Shown here: positions 39,210-53,800 of the stretch, in pieces
Layout of the letters: every line of letters starts with the position of its first letter
How positions within the stretch are numbered: the first letter of the stretch is position 1
From: Paraspadella gotoi
Lineage: Eukaryota > Animalia > Chaetognatha
DNA: 64,000 bases
NCBI GenBank assembly: GCA_051294375.1
Contig: CM119269.1
Coordinates: forward strand, 22,156,815-22,220,814
Direction of reading: 5' to 3'
Notes under the pieces: generated by a model
Database searches by the model: none
Told to the model about the DNA's origin: nothing
What the model saw: only the letters and a program-made list of their open reading frames with translations
Position numbers and translations under genes: made by a program

Positions 39210-39480
39210 GGTTGTCCATTGTCCATTGTCCCAATGTTATTATCTTGCTTTCCATTTTCATTGGTCTATTTTTGAATTCCAGCTGTCCAATAGTTATCTT
39301 CTTTGCTAGTCCAATGGTTTAGTGTCCAACTTTCGCAATGGTTATCGTTACGTCTGTGCTATGTCCAATTGTCTTGCTGTCCAATGGCTATTGCCCGTTG
39401 TCCTTTGTTAAATTGTTTCACTGTTTAATGTCCAATTGTCAATGATCGCATTGTTCTTGTTGTTCAAAGTCAATGTTCAT
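39210..39480. repeat. Degenerate (tgtccaa/tgtccat)n array, also at about 55130-55400
   Basis: Many tgtccaat-like heptamers and octamers. Confidence 0.7.
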
Positions 39481-42249
39481 AATACTTTTTAGTCTTTTTC
39501 TTTTTCTCTGTAGGGGTTATTCCATAAAATAAATTATCACAAGTATCTTTAACATATAAAATGTTTTTTCTCTTACTATTTAAGTGAAACTTTTTCTAGT
39601 CATTCAGTCCTTTGAATTACTAATTATTTTAAATGATTTTTTGCTAATATGTGCATTTAAATTGCAATACTTAATTCTGCTCTAAGAAACTTATGCTACG
39701 CATCGCATTCGAACGAACGCGGACAAAAATAATGAAAAGAAAAAGGATGAGAAAAAGATGAAGAGAGAAAGAGACGGAGGGAGATAGTAGCAGGGAGGTC
39801 TATAAAAAGTTTTTTTTGTGTTTTTTTTGTTTTTTTTTAATTGGAAAATAATTCGGAAAAGAGAAATAAATCAGAAGCTCGCATTTTGGACAAAGGAAGA
39901 TCATTAGTACTTTCTCCTAATGAAATCTGAGAGAGAGAGAAGAGAAGAGGAGAGAGAGAGAGAGAGAGAGTAGAGCTTTATTTGATTATGTATGTTATGA
40001 ATATGTTACTCATGCATTCACCAATATGCATTCATATTTAATATGAATAAAAATACCTTAAAATTATTAGTTTACGCACAATATAAGAGTTTTTAATATT
40101 TTTTTTTCAAAGCGGCATAAGAATGTTTTAGTCATATATGCCGTGTTTTTTACGAAGCGCATAGAAAGTCAGAAACTTAGCATTCATTCCTGAACATATC
40201 TTAATTTCACATTCAGACGTAATAAAAAATGCTTTTTCAGTTTTGAATGAGAAATGATATACAAAAATCTTTGTTTTTGGAATTAAAAATTATGTTTGAA
40301 ATAAATTAGAGCAACGAGCGGAAAAGGGGAAACAGGGGATGATGGAAAAGTAGACATTCTTTTTTAGTAATAAATATAATTTTTATTATTACCTGGGTTT
40401 TTTTTACGATAAAATTAACGCAAAAAGTTTAAACCGACAAGGAAAACAACTTTTAAAAGGGCAAAAAGCTTTTGACGCGACCGAATGTTGCACATTTTGA
40501 ATTATAGTAAGTAATGCGAAATATTTCAGTTTCAGACAGACGGGCACTTTTTTCCATCGATGCCAGTCCCTTGCTGAAGCAGCGATAAACACAACGGAAC
40601 AAAACTCGTCTCTTTCTTTTGCTGTCTTCCATCGTCGCTTTATGCATCACTCCTTTCGTCGTCGCTCTCTAACGTCGCAACTGCTTTCCTTCAATCGTTC
40701 AAATTATCGTCGTCGTTTCTGTCGATCCCCGATCCTGACCGATGAGTCACCCTCAGCAATCCAGATTTTGTTGTTGTAGAAAAGTACATAGGGAAAGACC
40801 AATGCCTAATACCTAACTTATCAGCTTAACGCTATATGTCCTCAACCCATCCTTACCTGCTAACCCCTATCGCCCAAACATACCTTATCCACTATACCGA
40901 AACCCCGAAACCACAATTAATCCATCGTTCAATTATCGTACGTTTTTGTCGATCCCGATCCTGAGTCATCACTGACCCAGAGAGAAAGAGAGAGCAGGAG
41001 TATGAGATTCGCTGCTCTTCGTCAGACGGCAAGGGGGGCATCCGGGAAGAGCATTCATCGGGCCATAGACTACTTAGGTACTACAATAATCTCTTAACAA
41101 AACTGTATAATTTGGACTGCTTATAAGAAAGCGCTGAACCACACGTACCTCCGCTCGACTGTCCAGTGACCAACTCTTGTCCCAAATTGACCAAAAGTTT
41201 TGAACAGTTTGGGGGCGGTCGTCAGTGGATCTGTCCGTGCTGTCTCCTGGCGTCCGGTCAAGTTGTCAGAAAAATCGTGAGTTTCGGTTTTTTTTCACAT
41301 ACGGGCAGCCCACTTTTTTTCCTTTTTTTTCTTATATCATAAATCAATACATCATCATCATCATCAGTCATCAAACATCATCATCATCAAGCATAATCAT
41401 CATCATCATCATCCATCTCTATTTATGAACTCGGGGTCCTTTTTTTGGCTCTTCCGTGTCGTAATCGTTTTTGCCTCTTCCCTTCCTCCTCTTCCTCCTA
41501 TCCTTTCTTTCCGCCGGAACTCCTTGCCCATTCTTGGCTCACACTTTTTCTCGTACACTTTCTCTCCTCTCTCTCTCTCTCTCTCGTCTCTCTCTCCTCT
41601 CATCTCATCTCTCTCTCTCTCTCTTCTCCTCGTCTCATCTCTCTCANNNNNNNNNNNNNNNNNNNNNNNNNGAGAGGGTAGATGTGAAGTTCTGCACTCC
41701 ACCCAATGGAGGGTGAGCGTGCCTGCCGTCGTTTTTGTGGAGTGTGAGTCGTCTCCCTGTGTTCTGAAAACGAGAGCAGGAATGAGCTTCGCCGTTAGTC
41801 TCACCAGAAAGATGAGGCCGCATAGGAGATTATAGGCGCCTAGTGAACTTCACAGGCTGAGGATTATATGTAGCTGAACGCTGTGTAAAAGACGTTATTA
41901 CCGATCGGGATGTACACATCTCTTAAGCCCAAATTGCCAGATAGTTTTTCCAATTTTTGGGTAATCTATAAGCAATTAGTAATTATTTATTGTAGATAGT
42001 TTGTTATTACTTATATTATACACGGTGCAACCGTGCAACAAGTGTTGATCGTCACGCTAAATAAACTATTCTCTAATTTCTTAATCAATGATTTAATATT
42101 TTTATTATTACTTAGCCTGCAATAGATACATGAGCTAAAAGAATTTAATGAAATAATATTAGAACTCCTTGGCCATTAAAAATCCTGATATATATTTTAA
42201 AACGTTATTCTATTCCGCGCTAACAGATGTTTTATAAAGCCCAGCAAAG

Positions 42250-42780
42250 TTCGAGCACAAAACTGTTTTCAATCGATTTGTGAAGAGGCGACGTCAATCT
42301 GGCGAGAAAATGGATTGTGTGGTAATTCACGATATATTTGGTCACTCATTAATTTTAATATTTCCACCTGAAAAATGGAAGAACAGTTAAGCACTATCCC
42401 GCTACATGAAAGATGAAAGAAACAACTGAATTGTAGCGACAGCTATAGTTCTCGATTTCTGTATTATTTTGTATTAACTAAGTTTTTTAAATATAAAACT
42501 CCAGTAATTACTGTAGTTAATCGACGTCTACCGAATGAAGCATATTGATACCTATTTCAGTCCCGTCTGCCGAATATCTTCGCTCGCAAATCATAGCTAA
42601 AGCATCAAATGATAAAGTTTTTAGCTTAGCTGAACAATACAATTAATTATTTCATTAGTTACATACTAACTAACCCCAGTTCCGTTCCGTCGGATTCCTC
42701 GCGCCGATCTCCCTCCCGGGACGAACTGTATTCTCTCCGCCGACGCAAGTAGCCAAAAGGACGTTGGCTCGTCGCCATCC
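42250..42780 (-). CDS. Duplicate of the 93-aa membrane microprotein gene in low-quality sequence
   Basis: Colinear with 29474-29988 but with many indels. Confidence 0.4.
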
Positions 42781-44139
42781 CGCCTCACAGATCGCTTAGT
42801 GTATTATTTTATTTAATATATATTTAATTTATTATTCAATCAATACATGTTATGAATGTGAGAATAATAACGTAAATGCCAGAATGTATAGTCCGAAAGT
42901 GTCCACTAAGAATTTTTCGATAATTATAAGATACAGTAATTTCTAATTTATTTAATATAATTGACGATTTTATTCGAATTACAACGGGTTGATCCAGTAG
43001 TACCAATCATCATCAACAAACAACAAATCAAAGCAACTAATGTCTAAAGCAACATAAAATAGAGAGAAAAAAAAACAGTTATTAAATAAATTAATGAATT
43101 AAAATTTAACAATTAAATTGTTTCTATGTTGTAAAGAAAATGGAACAAGTTGTCTGAAGAAGTCATTTTTTTCATTGTTATATATCTTTGAGATAAGGTT
43201 TCTTACGATATTAAAATTGTAGATCAGGTCGGTATATCATGATTTTTATATATACTACGTATTTAATTATATATATCTAGTTGATCAGCGGTATTTTTTA
43301 GGCCAGCAGGCATATTTTAGCCTTAAAAAAAGTACCTTACACTCCTTTGATTTTTTTCGTCTGCGAAAAATTAGTAAGATAACATTTATTTTAAAAAAAA
43401 CGTAAGATCTACATTAGTCATTACTTTTTTCGCTATTTAGTTACAGGTAGTACCCAGCGGAAAATTATAAAACGTGCCATTTTTGACTGAATTTCTATTA
43501 CATTATAATTTAGCTAAGGAGTTTTCTTGACGTCTGAAATAAGGAAGACGGAGTTGATGCATAGTTTACTAAAATTTGCCAACGAGAAATATAACGCTCG
43601 TGCGTTCAATAAGCTATCTGCAAATGTTCATTTGATCTTATAAATTCCTCTTCAATCTCTGACAAAAGCGACATCAAGTAGAATGTTTTAAACCAACATC
43701 AATTTTAATTCCAATTTCGCTTCCAATATGATAAAAACAACAAACATATTACACCATTATTTCAGGGAACAATTGAATTTTTAGCTTTTCTGCTATAAAC
43801 ATGTTCAAAAGTTAATTGTTTTTCTAACCTGGCGAAGATTTGAATTCATAATTCGATGATAATAGACGTAAAATACATCAAAGCAACGAAAAGTTGAATT
43901 ACTGAGTACTCCACCCTTTGCCTATCCGTTTGCCACTATTCCGGTTCGCCAGACTCACCAGTTTGCTACTGGATTAGTCACTCTCCCGTGCTTCTCCCGT
44001 TTATCTACTCATTTCTCATTAATGTTTGCTCAATCCGGATTGCCCCTTTCCAGTTTGTCCACCGGATTGCTCGCTAGACGGTTTGCCCACAAGATTTGAC
44101 TCGCACAGGTACGATTTCCTCTCCATCACGCTGCTTTTT

Positions 44140-45850
44140 TCTCCGCAGCTTCAATATAATCCCTAATCACTCCCCAGCTCCATCAAATATCTCCTTCGAA
44201 TCCCACTCAAAGTAATCCTGCTTCTCTCCCCAGTCTCCATCAATCTCTTTTCGGCTCCATGAAATAATCCCTCATCTATCCAGCCCATCTCTTATCCGCT
44301 CCATCATGAATGCTCTTCTCTCCCAGCTCATCAGTCCTGGCTTCTCCTAATCATAATCCCAGCTCAGTTCTCTATCCCCAAGCTCTAAAATTGTCATTCT
44401 GCACCATCAATGCTCTTCTTTGCTTCACTTTAATAATCCTGTTTCCGTATCTCCCAGCTCCACATGAATCTCTTCTTCAGCTCCATCTAAGTAAATCCCA
44501 CCGCCTCGTCCCTACTCACCAATGTCTACTCCCTGCCTCCAACTGACTATAATCCATGCCTTCGCTCTACTCCAGCTCCATCAATTTCTCCTTCGCTCCA
44601 CATAGATCTTACCCTCACTTTCTCCCTGCTATTACCATCAATCTCCTTCTTTGCTCCATCTTTATACTACCTAGATCTTTCCTCTCTCCGTCGGGTCTTT
44701 CTATCAAATATTCTTCATTTGTCCCTCATGACCACTCTCTCACTCTTTCCACTACTCAGATACTCTTCAATCGCTCCATAAATTTATTGCCAGCCTCCTC
44801 ACTTTCTCTCAGCTCCATCATTCTTCATTCTCCGCTTCAATCAATAAACCCACTCCTCCTCTTCCTCACGTCCAATTCAAGTCTCATTACTTCGCATCTT
44901 CTTTAAGTATCCACCTTGTCCTCTCACCGCCCATCAGATCTCTTTTCGCTCCATCAATATAATCCCGCCCTCCTCTCTCCGCTCCACCAATCTCTTCTTC
45001 GCTCCATCAGAGATTATCCCCCCTTTCTCTCCCCGCTCCATCAGTCTTTACTTCGCTCCATCAAATAATCCCGCCCTCCTATCTCCTGCTCGCTCACAGT
45101 CTCTTCTTCGCTCCATCAAATAATCCCGCCCTTCCTCTCTTCCCCGCTCCACCAATCTCTTCTTCGCTCCATCAAAATAATCCCGCCTCCTCTCTCCGCG
45201 CTCCATCAGTCTCCTTCTTCACTCCATCAAATAATCCAGCCTTCCTCTCTCCGCCGCTTCCACCAATCTCTTTCTCGATCCATGCAATAAATACCGCCCT
45301 CTCTTCTCCACCGCTCCATCACTCCTTCTTCGCTCGCAATCAAATAAATCCCGGCCCCCTCTCTCCTCGCTCCATCAGTCTCTTCTTCGCCCATCAAATA
45401 ATCCCGCCCTCCTCTCTCCCCGCTCACCAATCTCTTCTTCGTTCCAATCAATAATCCCGCCCTCCTCTCTCCCGCTCCATCAGTCTCTTCTTCACTCCAT
45501 CACAAATAATGCCGCCCTCTCTCTCTCCCGCTCCCCATCAGTCTCTCTTCGCTCCATCAAATAATCCGCGCCCCTCCTCTCTCCCCGCTCCATCAATCTC
45601 TCTTGCCGCTCCATCAAATATCCAGCCTTCCTCTCTCCCCGCCCATCATCTCTTCTTCAACTCCATCAAATTAATCCGCCCTCTCTCTCATGCCGCTCCT
45701 CAGTCTCTTTCTTCGCTCCCCATCAAATAATCCAGCCTTCCTCTCTCCCCGCTCGCATCAGTCTCTTCTTCGCTCCATCCAAATAATCCCGCCTTCCTCT
45801 CTCCCCGCTCCACCAATCTCCTACTCCGCTCCACTTACAAATATTCCTGC
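44140..45850. repeat. 50-54 bp minisatellite array, copy B, single orientation
   Basis: Same unit as 31000-33030. Confidence 0.9.
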
Positions 45851-46037
45851 CCTCTGCGATGGTTTCGAATGACTTCGAAAGATGGCGGAACCGCAGACGA
45901 CCGAAGATGAAGATTCGCAATCATGACGGGTCCGACGGGCGAGGATTCCTCTTCGGGGCGGACGAGCGGACTTGGGGATGGGATGGAATGGAGGCAAGGA
46001 TGTTGTGAGGAAAGTTAATAATCGGCTCTTTGGTCAT
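45836..46037 (-). CDS. SERP1/RAMP4-like gene, copy B (noisy)
   Basis: Colinear with 33015-33211. Confidence 0.55.
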
Positions 46038-46664
46038 TTATTATGAAAAAGGGTAATTTATAAAAATATTAAATCTCTCTCCTAGTTCCAGAGCAGCGAC
46101 CCTAAATTTTTCACCCTCAAGATTCCGGAACTTAATTTAAACGTCAAATATTTAACCCGGTAATGCTGTTCTAGATAACTTATAAGCCAGTATCTTAACT
46201 AAACTCTCTTAAGCTCGTAATACCTAACCGAACGATAGACTTGGCTGAGACGTAACTTAACCTAAACACCTGATTCCCTTATCCGTATTTTACCCTATTC
46301 CTGTTGCGTCGCAAACCTGAAACGCTTTAGACAGAATAAAATTCAGCACTTGGGAACGTTTTCCGCGTACGTTCTTGTTGTGAGCGTTGCTGAGAAAACA
46401 TAACGGAGATAAACTTACATTAGTGATAAACCTAGAAGCATTATTATAATTTATAAAGACTAGCTTTTGAGTCTCATATGAACTTTAGTTTTCCCACTGA
46501 CCGCGACTAGATAATATTTTAAATATAATAAAATGCTAGTGACTTATCAAAATTTTTAAAAAACAAAAAACCAAAAGTATATCCTCCCATAAATAATTAA
46601 AGAATTGGAGATGAAAAGTTTTGTCTTATTGAAATAGAGGAGAGGCATCTATACGATAAAAAAA

Positions 46665-49619
46665 CAAGTTTGGAGTAAGCAAACAATGTCGGATCTGCCT
46701 ACAATAATTAATTAATTAATTAATCGATTAAATTAATTAATTAATTAATTAATTTTAATATGTAATAAAATTAATTTTAACTTTATATTCAAACTTATCA
46801 ATCGATGTCCCTTAAAATTGGGTTTAGGACAGTTATATAAATATGTTTTGTTACATTTTATCAAAAACAACAAATATCCCTATTTTATTTTATTGTCTCC
46901 TTCTCTCTCTCTCTCTCTCCTCACTCACTCTCGTTCTCCTCTCTCTCTCTCTTCTCTTTTTTTTTTTCTGGCAATTGCGACGATTCTTTATGCTTTTCAG
47001 ATTTTTTTTACTTGCATCATTTTTTCACAATTAATTCATTAATTAATCATTAATTTAATTAAAACATTTATTTAGTAATCAATTAATATTAAAGATTCAA
47101 GTAAATGTGACTTATGTTTTTTCCATCTAAACACATTCCCCTGGCACAATTCCGTCAATACTTTAATATTATTATTATATAAATTAATAAATATTTAAAA
47201 GCTTCAGTGCAACAACCAATGAATAATTCAAAAAGTTATATTGAAAATCGATTTAGTAGTAAAAAGGAAAAAAAATTTAAAGAGAAACCTAGAAGTTATA
47301 AAAAGCTGTTTCAATTTTGGCCCGCCTTACTAGATAATTAGGCCTTACTAGATATATTGCATGTGAATTAAAGCAATGTTATCGGAATAATAATTTCTCA
47401 TTTTATGTATTTTGTAAGTATTTTAAAGTAATTTTTAATCAGTGAGTTAAAATAAGCAACTTTTTTATTCGCTAATTTTTATCTCGGACTTCCTCTCTCT
47501 TTCTAATCTTTCTCTCTCTCGCTCAACTCTCTCTCTCTTCTCTCCTCTCTTCTCTCTCTCTTTGCAATTGCGACGATCCCTTATGCTCATTTTACTGCTT
47601 CTCTCTCTTCTCTCTCTCTCTCCTCTCTCTCTCTCTCATCTCTCTCTCTTCTCTCTTTGCCAATTGGGCGAAACGATCCTTATGCTTTTAGGATTTTTTT
47701 TAAACTTGGTATCATTTTTCTGCTTCAAGTAAATGTGACTTAGGGTTTTTTTTTTCGCATTTAAACTCATTTCCCACTGGGCACAATTCCGTCAAAACTT
47801 CTATATCTAGCTTTTTCACATCACTTTCCTACCCGCTCACAAAAATTTCTCTAAATTATTATGGTTAAAAATAAGTAAAAAAGATTCAAGTAAATGATGA
47901 CTCATATTTTTTTCAATTTTAAACTCATTTCCACTCGTACGTTTCCACAGACCGAAACTTTTATATGCAAGGCATCGATACACATTTTCTACCCACACAA
48001 AAAATTTGAACTCAATCTATCCATCCAATTATGATTAATTAAGAGTACTTATTGGTTAAAAATAAGTAAAAAGATTTTAGTAAATGCGACTTATGTTTTT
48101 CCACTTAAACTCATTTCCACTCACACGATTCCGTGAAACGTTATATCCAGCTTTATCACACACTTTCGCTACCCCACAACACAAAATTTTCATTTCAATC
48201 CAACCAGCCCAATCAGAGTTATTTGGAGCTTTTGCTAAGGTGGGACGGATGGACGGATTGCAATTGACTGATTAATTTAATTATTGATTAAATTAATTGA
48301 CTATTGATTAATTAAAACTGAATTAATTATTTGACTTATTATACATCCTGCATATACATTTAATATAAAAGGAAAAGAAGCATAATCATTAGTGAAAAGC
48401 AGGTTTTTTTGTTTTTTCGCATTTAAACTCATTTCACTCAAAAAAGATTCCATCGAAACTTGTTTCCTGTTTAATCACACCTTTTCTACTCCAACATACA
48501 AAATTCCAAGGTCAATCGATAATTAAGTGGTAATAAGCTTATCTTGGTCAACTTGCATAATTTAATCAACTTGCATAATTTGGTCAACTGACATAATTGG
48601 TTAACTGACATAATTTGGTCTACTGACATAATTTGGTTAACCTGACATAATTTGGTCAACTGACATAATTTGATCAATTAAGATAATTTGGTCAAACCGC
48701 GGCCATAATTTGGTTAACTGGCATAATTTTATCAACTAGCCTAATTTGGTCAACAGGCGATTAAATTTGGTCAACTTGGCAAAACTTGATTAAGCTTGCA
48801 GAATTTGGTCAACTGCATAATTGGTCAATCAATCAATCAATCAATCATAGCAGAGAGAGAGAGAGAGGAACTTAAAAAATTCAAATAAATGTGTCTGTTT
48901 TGGTTTTCTAATTTGAACTCTTTCCACTCCTACGATTCCATCAAAAAAAATTTTATGCCACCTTTATTTACATTACTTTCCTAACCCACACACAAAATTC
49001 AATTTCGATTTATCTATCCAATTTTTATAAACAAAAATAATTATGAGTAAATTTAAGTAAAAAATACTTCAAGTAAATATGACTTTTGTTTTTCCATTTT
49101 AACTCAATTTCACTCCCGCAGATTCCCCATCGAAACTTTATACGAGCTCAAATCAACAGACACTTTCCTACCACCATACAAAATTCAGTCAATTGCACTA
49201 TCCACTCAATGAGCAATTGGCGTTTCAAATAGTGAAATATATTTTTTTTTGTTTTTTTCCATTTAATCCAATTTTCCACTCGCACGGATTCCCTCGAAAA
49301 CCTTTCATATCCCATCTCCATCAACACAGTTTCCTACCCACACACAAAATTTCATACCAAAATTCCATCCATCCAATCACGGGTAATTGGAGTTTTTTGC
49401 TAAGGTGGGAACGGACGGACGGACGGGACGGAACGACGGAAGGACAGACGGACGGACGGACACATCAATTTTTTTTTGCATAATTTATCATAATTCGGAT
49501 GTTTCTCTGACATGATAATAAGTGTGTGCCGCGACAATAATTTGAGGGGGCGGACCGACGTGACCGAAAAAGTGAGTTATAGAGTCGGGATCTGCTGATA
49601 TAGCAGATCCGACTAAAAA
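46665..49619 (-). mobile_element. Helentron-type non-autonomous element, about 2.95 kb, absent from copy A
   Basis: Same termini as 11225-13191; (GGAC)n microsatellite at 49410-49460 near the 5' end; internal ~190 bp tandem units and an ~18 bp cataatttggtcaactg array at 48545-48825. Empty site atacgataaaaaaaatgtacc at 33781. Confidence 0.88.
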
Positions 49620-50331
49620 TGTACCTTTTTGCCCTCATTTGTCGTAGTTCGCGACTGTGCGGGCCATCTTCCTCTTACTTCTTTTTCCTCCTGCCGAAAG
49701 AACTATCCGCAAAACTCTAGCCGTAAAAAGACGATGCCGCAAACCGCACTGTGCCGCAAAGTAATCGTACGCGTCGCTCAGGTCGCTCAGTCACGTAACG
49801 ATGATCGGCGAGAAAGTTTTAGAATAACTTCTGCCGCAAATATGAAGTTAAACTGGTCTGCCGCAAGAGGTTACTTGGACTTTGCTACAACCGCTACTCA
49901 CTGATTTTGTTGCTGCAAGATGAGATTTCGTCGACGGAGACAATAGATTTGCGGTAAAGACGAAAACTAAAACGATTTTTTTTGTTTGCATTTTTTTATC
50001 TTTTAGTGTTGCCAGATGTTTGGATCGGGATCTCATCTAGACTTTTAATGAGACTCAAGAATAAAAGCATTTGGTAACTAAATATTTTTATTTTTATTAG
50101 TTTGCTTTTTAACCGTATATTCTTAGCGATAGATATTGTTTCAAAAAGAATATGGAATCAGATTGATAAAAACCAAACGAATTCCAGATGAAATGTTTGT
50201 AATCAAAATATGTAATAAAAAACAAACCACTTTAACACAGAGCTATTCAGGGCAATAATTTAAATTTTTCCTGAGAGAGAGAGAACAGAGAGAGAGATAT
50301 CGAGCGAGAGAGAGAAAGAGACTCCGTCTCT

Positions 50332-50716
50332 CTATTCATTTCCCTTCGCAATCCACGGATCGGCGACGAAATCTACGAAGATGTTTCGGCATCTCCAGCT
50401 TCTCCCAGCGAGTCCTTCAAGGATGTTTCCGGTCGGCCGCGGCCCCAAGCCCGCCTCGTTCTTTGATCGCCTCCCAGAGGGCGCGACGCGCGAGATGAGG
50501 AGCGACGATGGAAGACTTCGATTGCGCCGCTGGGCTAGAAAAATTGCGGGCGCCGGATTAGGGGCGGCCGGGGATAAGGGACGCCGGGATTAGGGGCGCC
50601 GGGATTTGCGGCCTCAGATTCAAGAAACCGAGCCAAGACTCTCTTTCCCAATGGATGTCGGCGCGGAGAAGAATCTGAAGAGAGAGAGAGAGATTTTAAG
50701 AGAGAGAGAGAGCAGA

Positions 50717-50766
<50 letters not shown>

Positions 50767-52213
50767 AAGTAAGGAAGGAAAAGAAAGAAGGAAAGAAGAA
50801 CGTGAGAAACAAAGAACGAAAAGAAAGAAAGAGAGAAAGAAAAAATTAATTAATTAATTAATTAATTAATCAAATAAATCAATAAATACGGAAAAAAGAG
50901 AGATATTCAAAAAACCATTATTCTCTAAAATAAATTATTTTTACACTTTCTTCTCTCTTTCTCCAGAGAAGAGCGGGAGTTTAACCCGGAGGTCTCTCTA
51001 TACAAGCTTTCCTCAGTGTAGGCGATTGGTGGGTCCGGAAAGAGAGCGGGAGTTTAACTCCGGAGGTCTCTCTATACAAGCTTTCTCAGTGTAGGCGATT
51101 GGTGGGTCAGAAAAGAGCGGGAGTTTTAACCCGGAGGTCTCTCTATACAAGCTTTCTCAGTGTAGGCGATTGGTGGGTCCGGAGAAGAGCGGGAGTTTAA
51201 CCGCGGAGGTCTCTCTATACAAGCTTTCTCAGTGTAGGCGATTGGTGGGTCCGGAGAAGAGCGGGAGTTTAACCACGGAGGTCTCTCTATACAAGCTTTC
51301 TCAGTGTAGGCGATTGGTGGGTCCAGAAAAGAGCGGGAGTTTAACCCGGAGGTCTCTCTATACAAGCTTTCTCAAGTGTAGGCGATTGGTGGGTCCCGGA
51401 GAAGAGCGGGAGTTTAACCTGGAGGTCTCTCTATACAAGCTTTCTCAGTGCCCCCGTATTTCCTTCTTATAACTTAACATCTAACTTAACTTAACTTTTA
51501 AGTTAACTTCCAACTTAACTTCTAACCTAACTTAACTTCTACGTAAGTTAACTTTTCACTTTTCTTTCATTCCCCTTTACCCCCCCACACCCCTACCTCC
51601 ACCACTCCCTTCTTCCCGTCCTTCCCGTCGCGATCCTCAGGCGGCGTCCTCGCCCTTCGCGTTGACGGGCGACGCCGCGCGCGCCACTCGCCAATGCCAA
51701 AAGAACCCCGACGGCACCGGCGTTGTCGGCTCGCGACGCCGCGTGTAGCGGCGCGTTTCTAAACACGTCTCGGGCATCGGGGTCGGCGCCGCGTTTGAGG
51801 AGCGCCGCGCAGATTCGGGCCGACGCCGGTTTTGGGTCGTCTTCCTTTTCCTCTTCTTCCTCTTCCGCGGCGTCGTCGCATCCCGACGCCAAATGAAGCG
51901 GCGTCATTTTCATCTCGTTGACGGCGTCGATTTCGCAGGCCGAGTCGGAAATGAGAAAATTGACGGCGCGAGTCTGTTGATTTTTTTTGCGGGGGGGGGG
52001 AAATAATAAATTTGAACTTTAGTTTTAAAAATGAACTTTTACTGCGAGAATTTTTGAATATCTCGGCTCAAGTTAATCCTGACTATTATTTGCTCTGATG
52101 TTGAAACCATTCAACTAATTATTTATTCATTCATTATCGTAACAAAACAAAACTATTAACTTTTGCGCCGCCCTTTCAAATTCTCTCTCTCTCTCTCTCA
52201 CTCTCTTTTCTCT

Positions 52214-52244
<31 letters not shown>

Positions 52245-53164
52245 TCTCTCTTCTCTCTCTTCTCTCTCTCTCTCTGAAATAAATACCGAAACAAAGATTA
52301 ATAAAGGTAATTAAAATTATCACAATATGCAAATGAGATTAAGGAACCCTTATTTGAAATGAACCAAAAACTTACCTGTCCGTAAAAAGCGGCGGCGTGC
52401 AACGGCGTCCATTTGGCCTTCCTCCCCTTCTCCTCTGCCCTCCTCTTCTCCTCAACCCTCCCCTTCTCCTCTTCCCTCCTCTTCCTCCACATCTTTAGAA
52501 GCGCCACCTTCCCCGCCTTCGCCGCTTCGTGTTCCGGCGTCAACCGCCACGCCCCCGTACACGTGGCGGCGCCAGCGTCCAGCAGTGCCTCCGCCGCAAC
52601 GCCGTTGCCGGCGCGGGCGGCGACATGCAGCGCCGATCGGCGACAGGGCGTGAGAAGGTCGGGATCGGCGCCGTTTTGCAGCAGGAGACGCAGTAGAGCG
52701 AGGCCGGATATAGACGATGCCGCGTGGTGAATAGGGGCGTGGCCTAAAAGACACGTCGCGTCCGGATCGGCGCCGTGACGAAGGAGCCACTCCACGGCGC
52801 CATCTTGGCCGGCGACGACGGCGCGATAAAGCGGCGTTCTTCCAGCGGCGTCGCGAGGGTCGATGGCGAAAGAGGGCGTTGAGTAGAGAGAAGTTAGCGC
52901 CGATACGTCGCCTAGTTCGGCGGCGACGTGGACCGGCGTCGAATTGTTTAGAGAACGGGAGACATCGCCAGGGGGAATCGCGGCGGCGGCGGCGGCGGCG
53001 GCGGCGCAGTGAGATCGACGAAAGACGATGTCGACCGGCGACGCGATTCGACGCCGAAAATCGTCGCTTTCGTCGTCTTCATCGTCGTCGTCTTCATCGT
53101 CGTCGTCTTTGACATTATCCTCGTAATCGTAGTCTAACTTGTTTGGGCTTCGGAAGATTTTCAT
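50332..53164 (-). CDS. Ankyrin repeat and SOCS box (ASB-like) protein, copy B
   Basis: Exon 53164-52376 is fully open (acidic N-terminus, poly-Ala, several ankyrin repeats); exons 51973-51597 and 50674-50332 carry minor frameshifts. Confidence 0.85.
50963..51450. repeat. 71-bp intronic VNTR, about 7 copies
   Basis: Same unit as 35137-35403. Confidence 0.95.
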
Positions 53165-53325
53165 GGTTCGAATTGCCTTTTATTTGTTTTGTTAGTCTAA
53201 ACTAAGCTATGTAGTTAGTTTGTTCTTTTTGCTTTTGTACGTATAATTATTTTTATTTTTATTTGTAATTTTTTTTTCAGTTTCGTTCGCAACTCGAAAT
53301 TGATAGAAAACTATGAGCCTCGATC

Positions 53326-53366
<41 letters not shown>

Positions 53367-53739
53367 CTCTCCTCTCTCTCTCTCTCTCTGCTCTTCTCTC
53401 TCTCTCACCGAATTGAATCCCCTCAGGCGATAGTCAAGCGATTTCACGCTGAACTCGATTTTCGTCAAAACTGTTTCTCTCCTCGGAGTTGTTGTTGTCG
53501 TCGTCTTCGTAAAGCCAGTTTCTCATTCGTGGGAGAAAGAAATTAAGTTGAAATTTAGTTAAAATGATAAATAGTCGAGAAAGGAGAGAGTTTATAGAAA
53601 AGAAAAGAAAAGAAGGTTGTGAAAAGAGAAGAGAAAGGAGAAAGGTAATGAGAAAATAAAAAAGAGGTTTTGAAAGAGGGGTCGTGGACTAAAGGTAGAA
53701 GAGAGTGGGGGATCATGCCCCGGACGAGGTGATCGAGAG

Positions 53740-53800
<61 letters not shown>

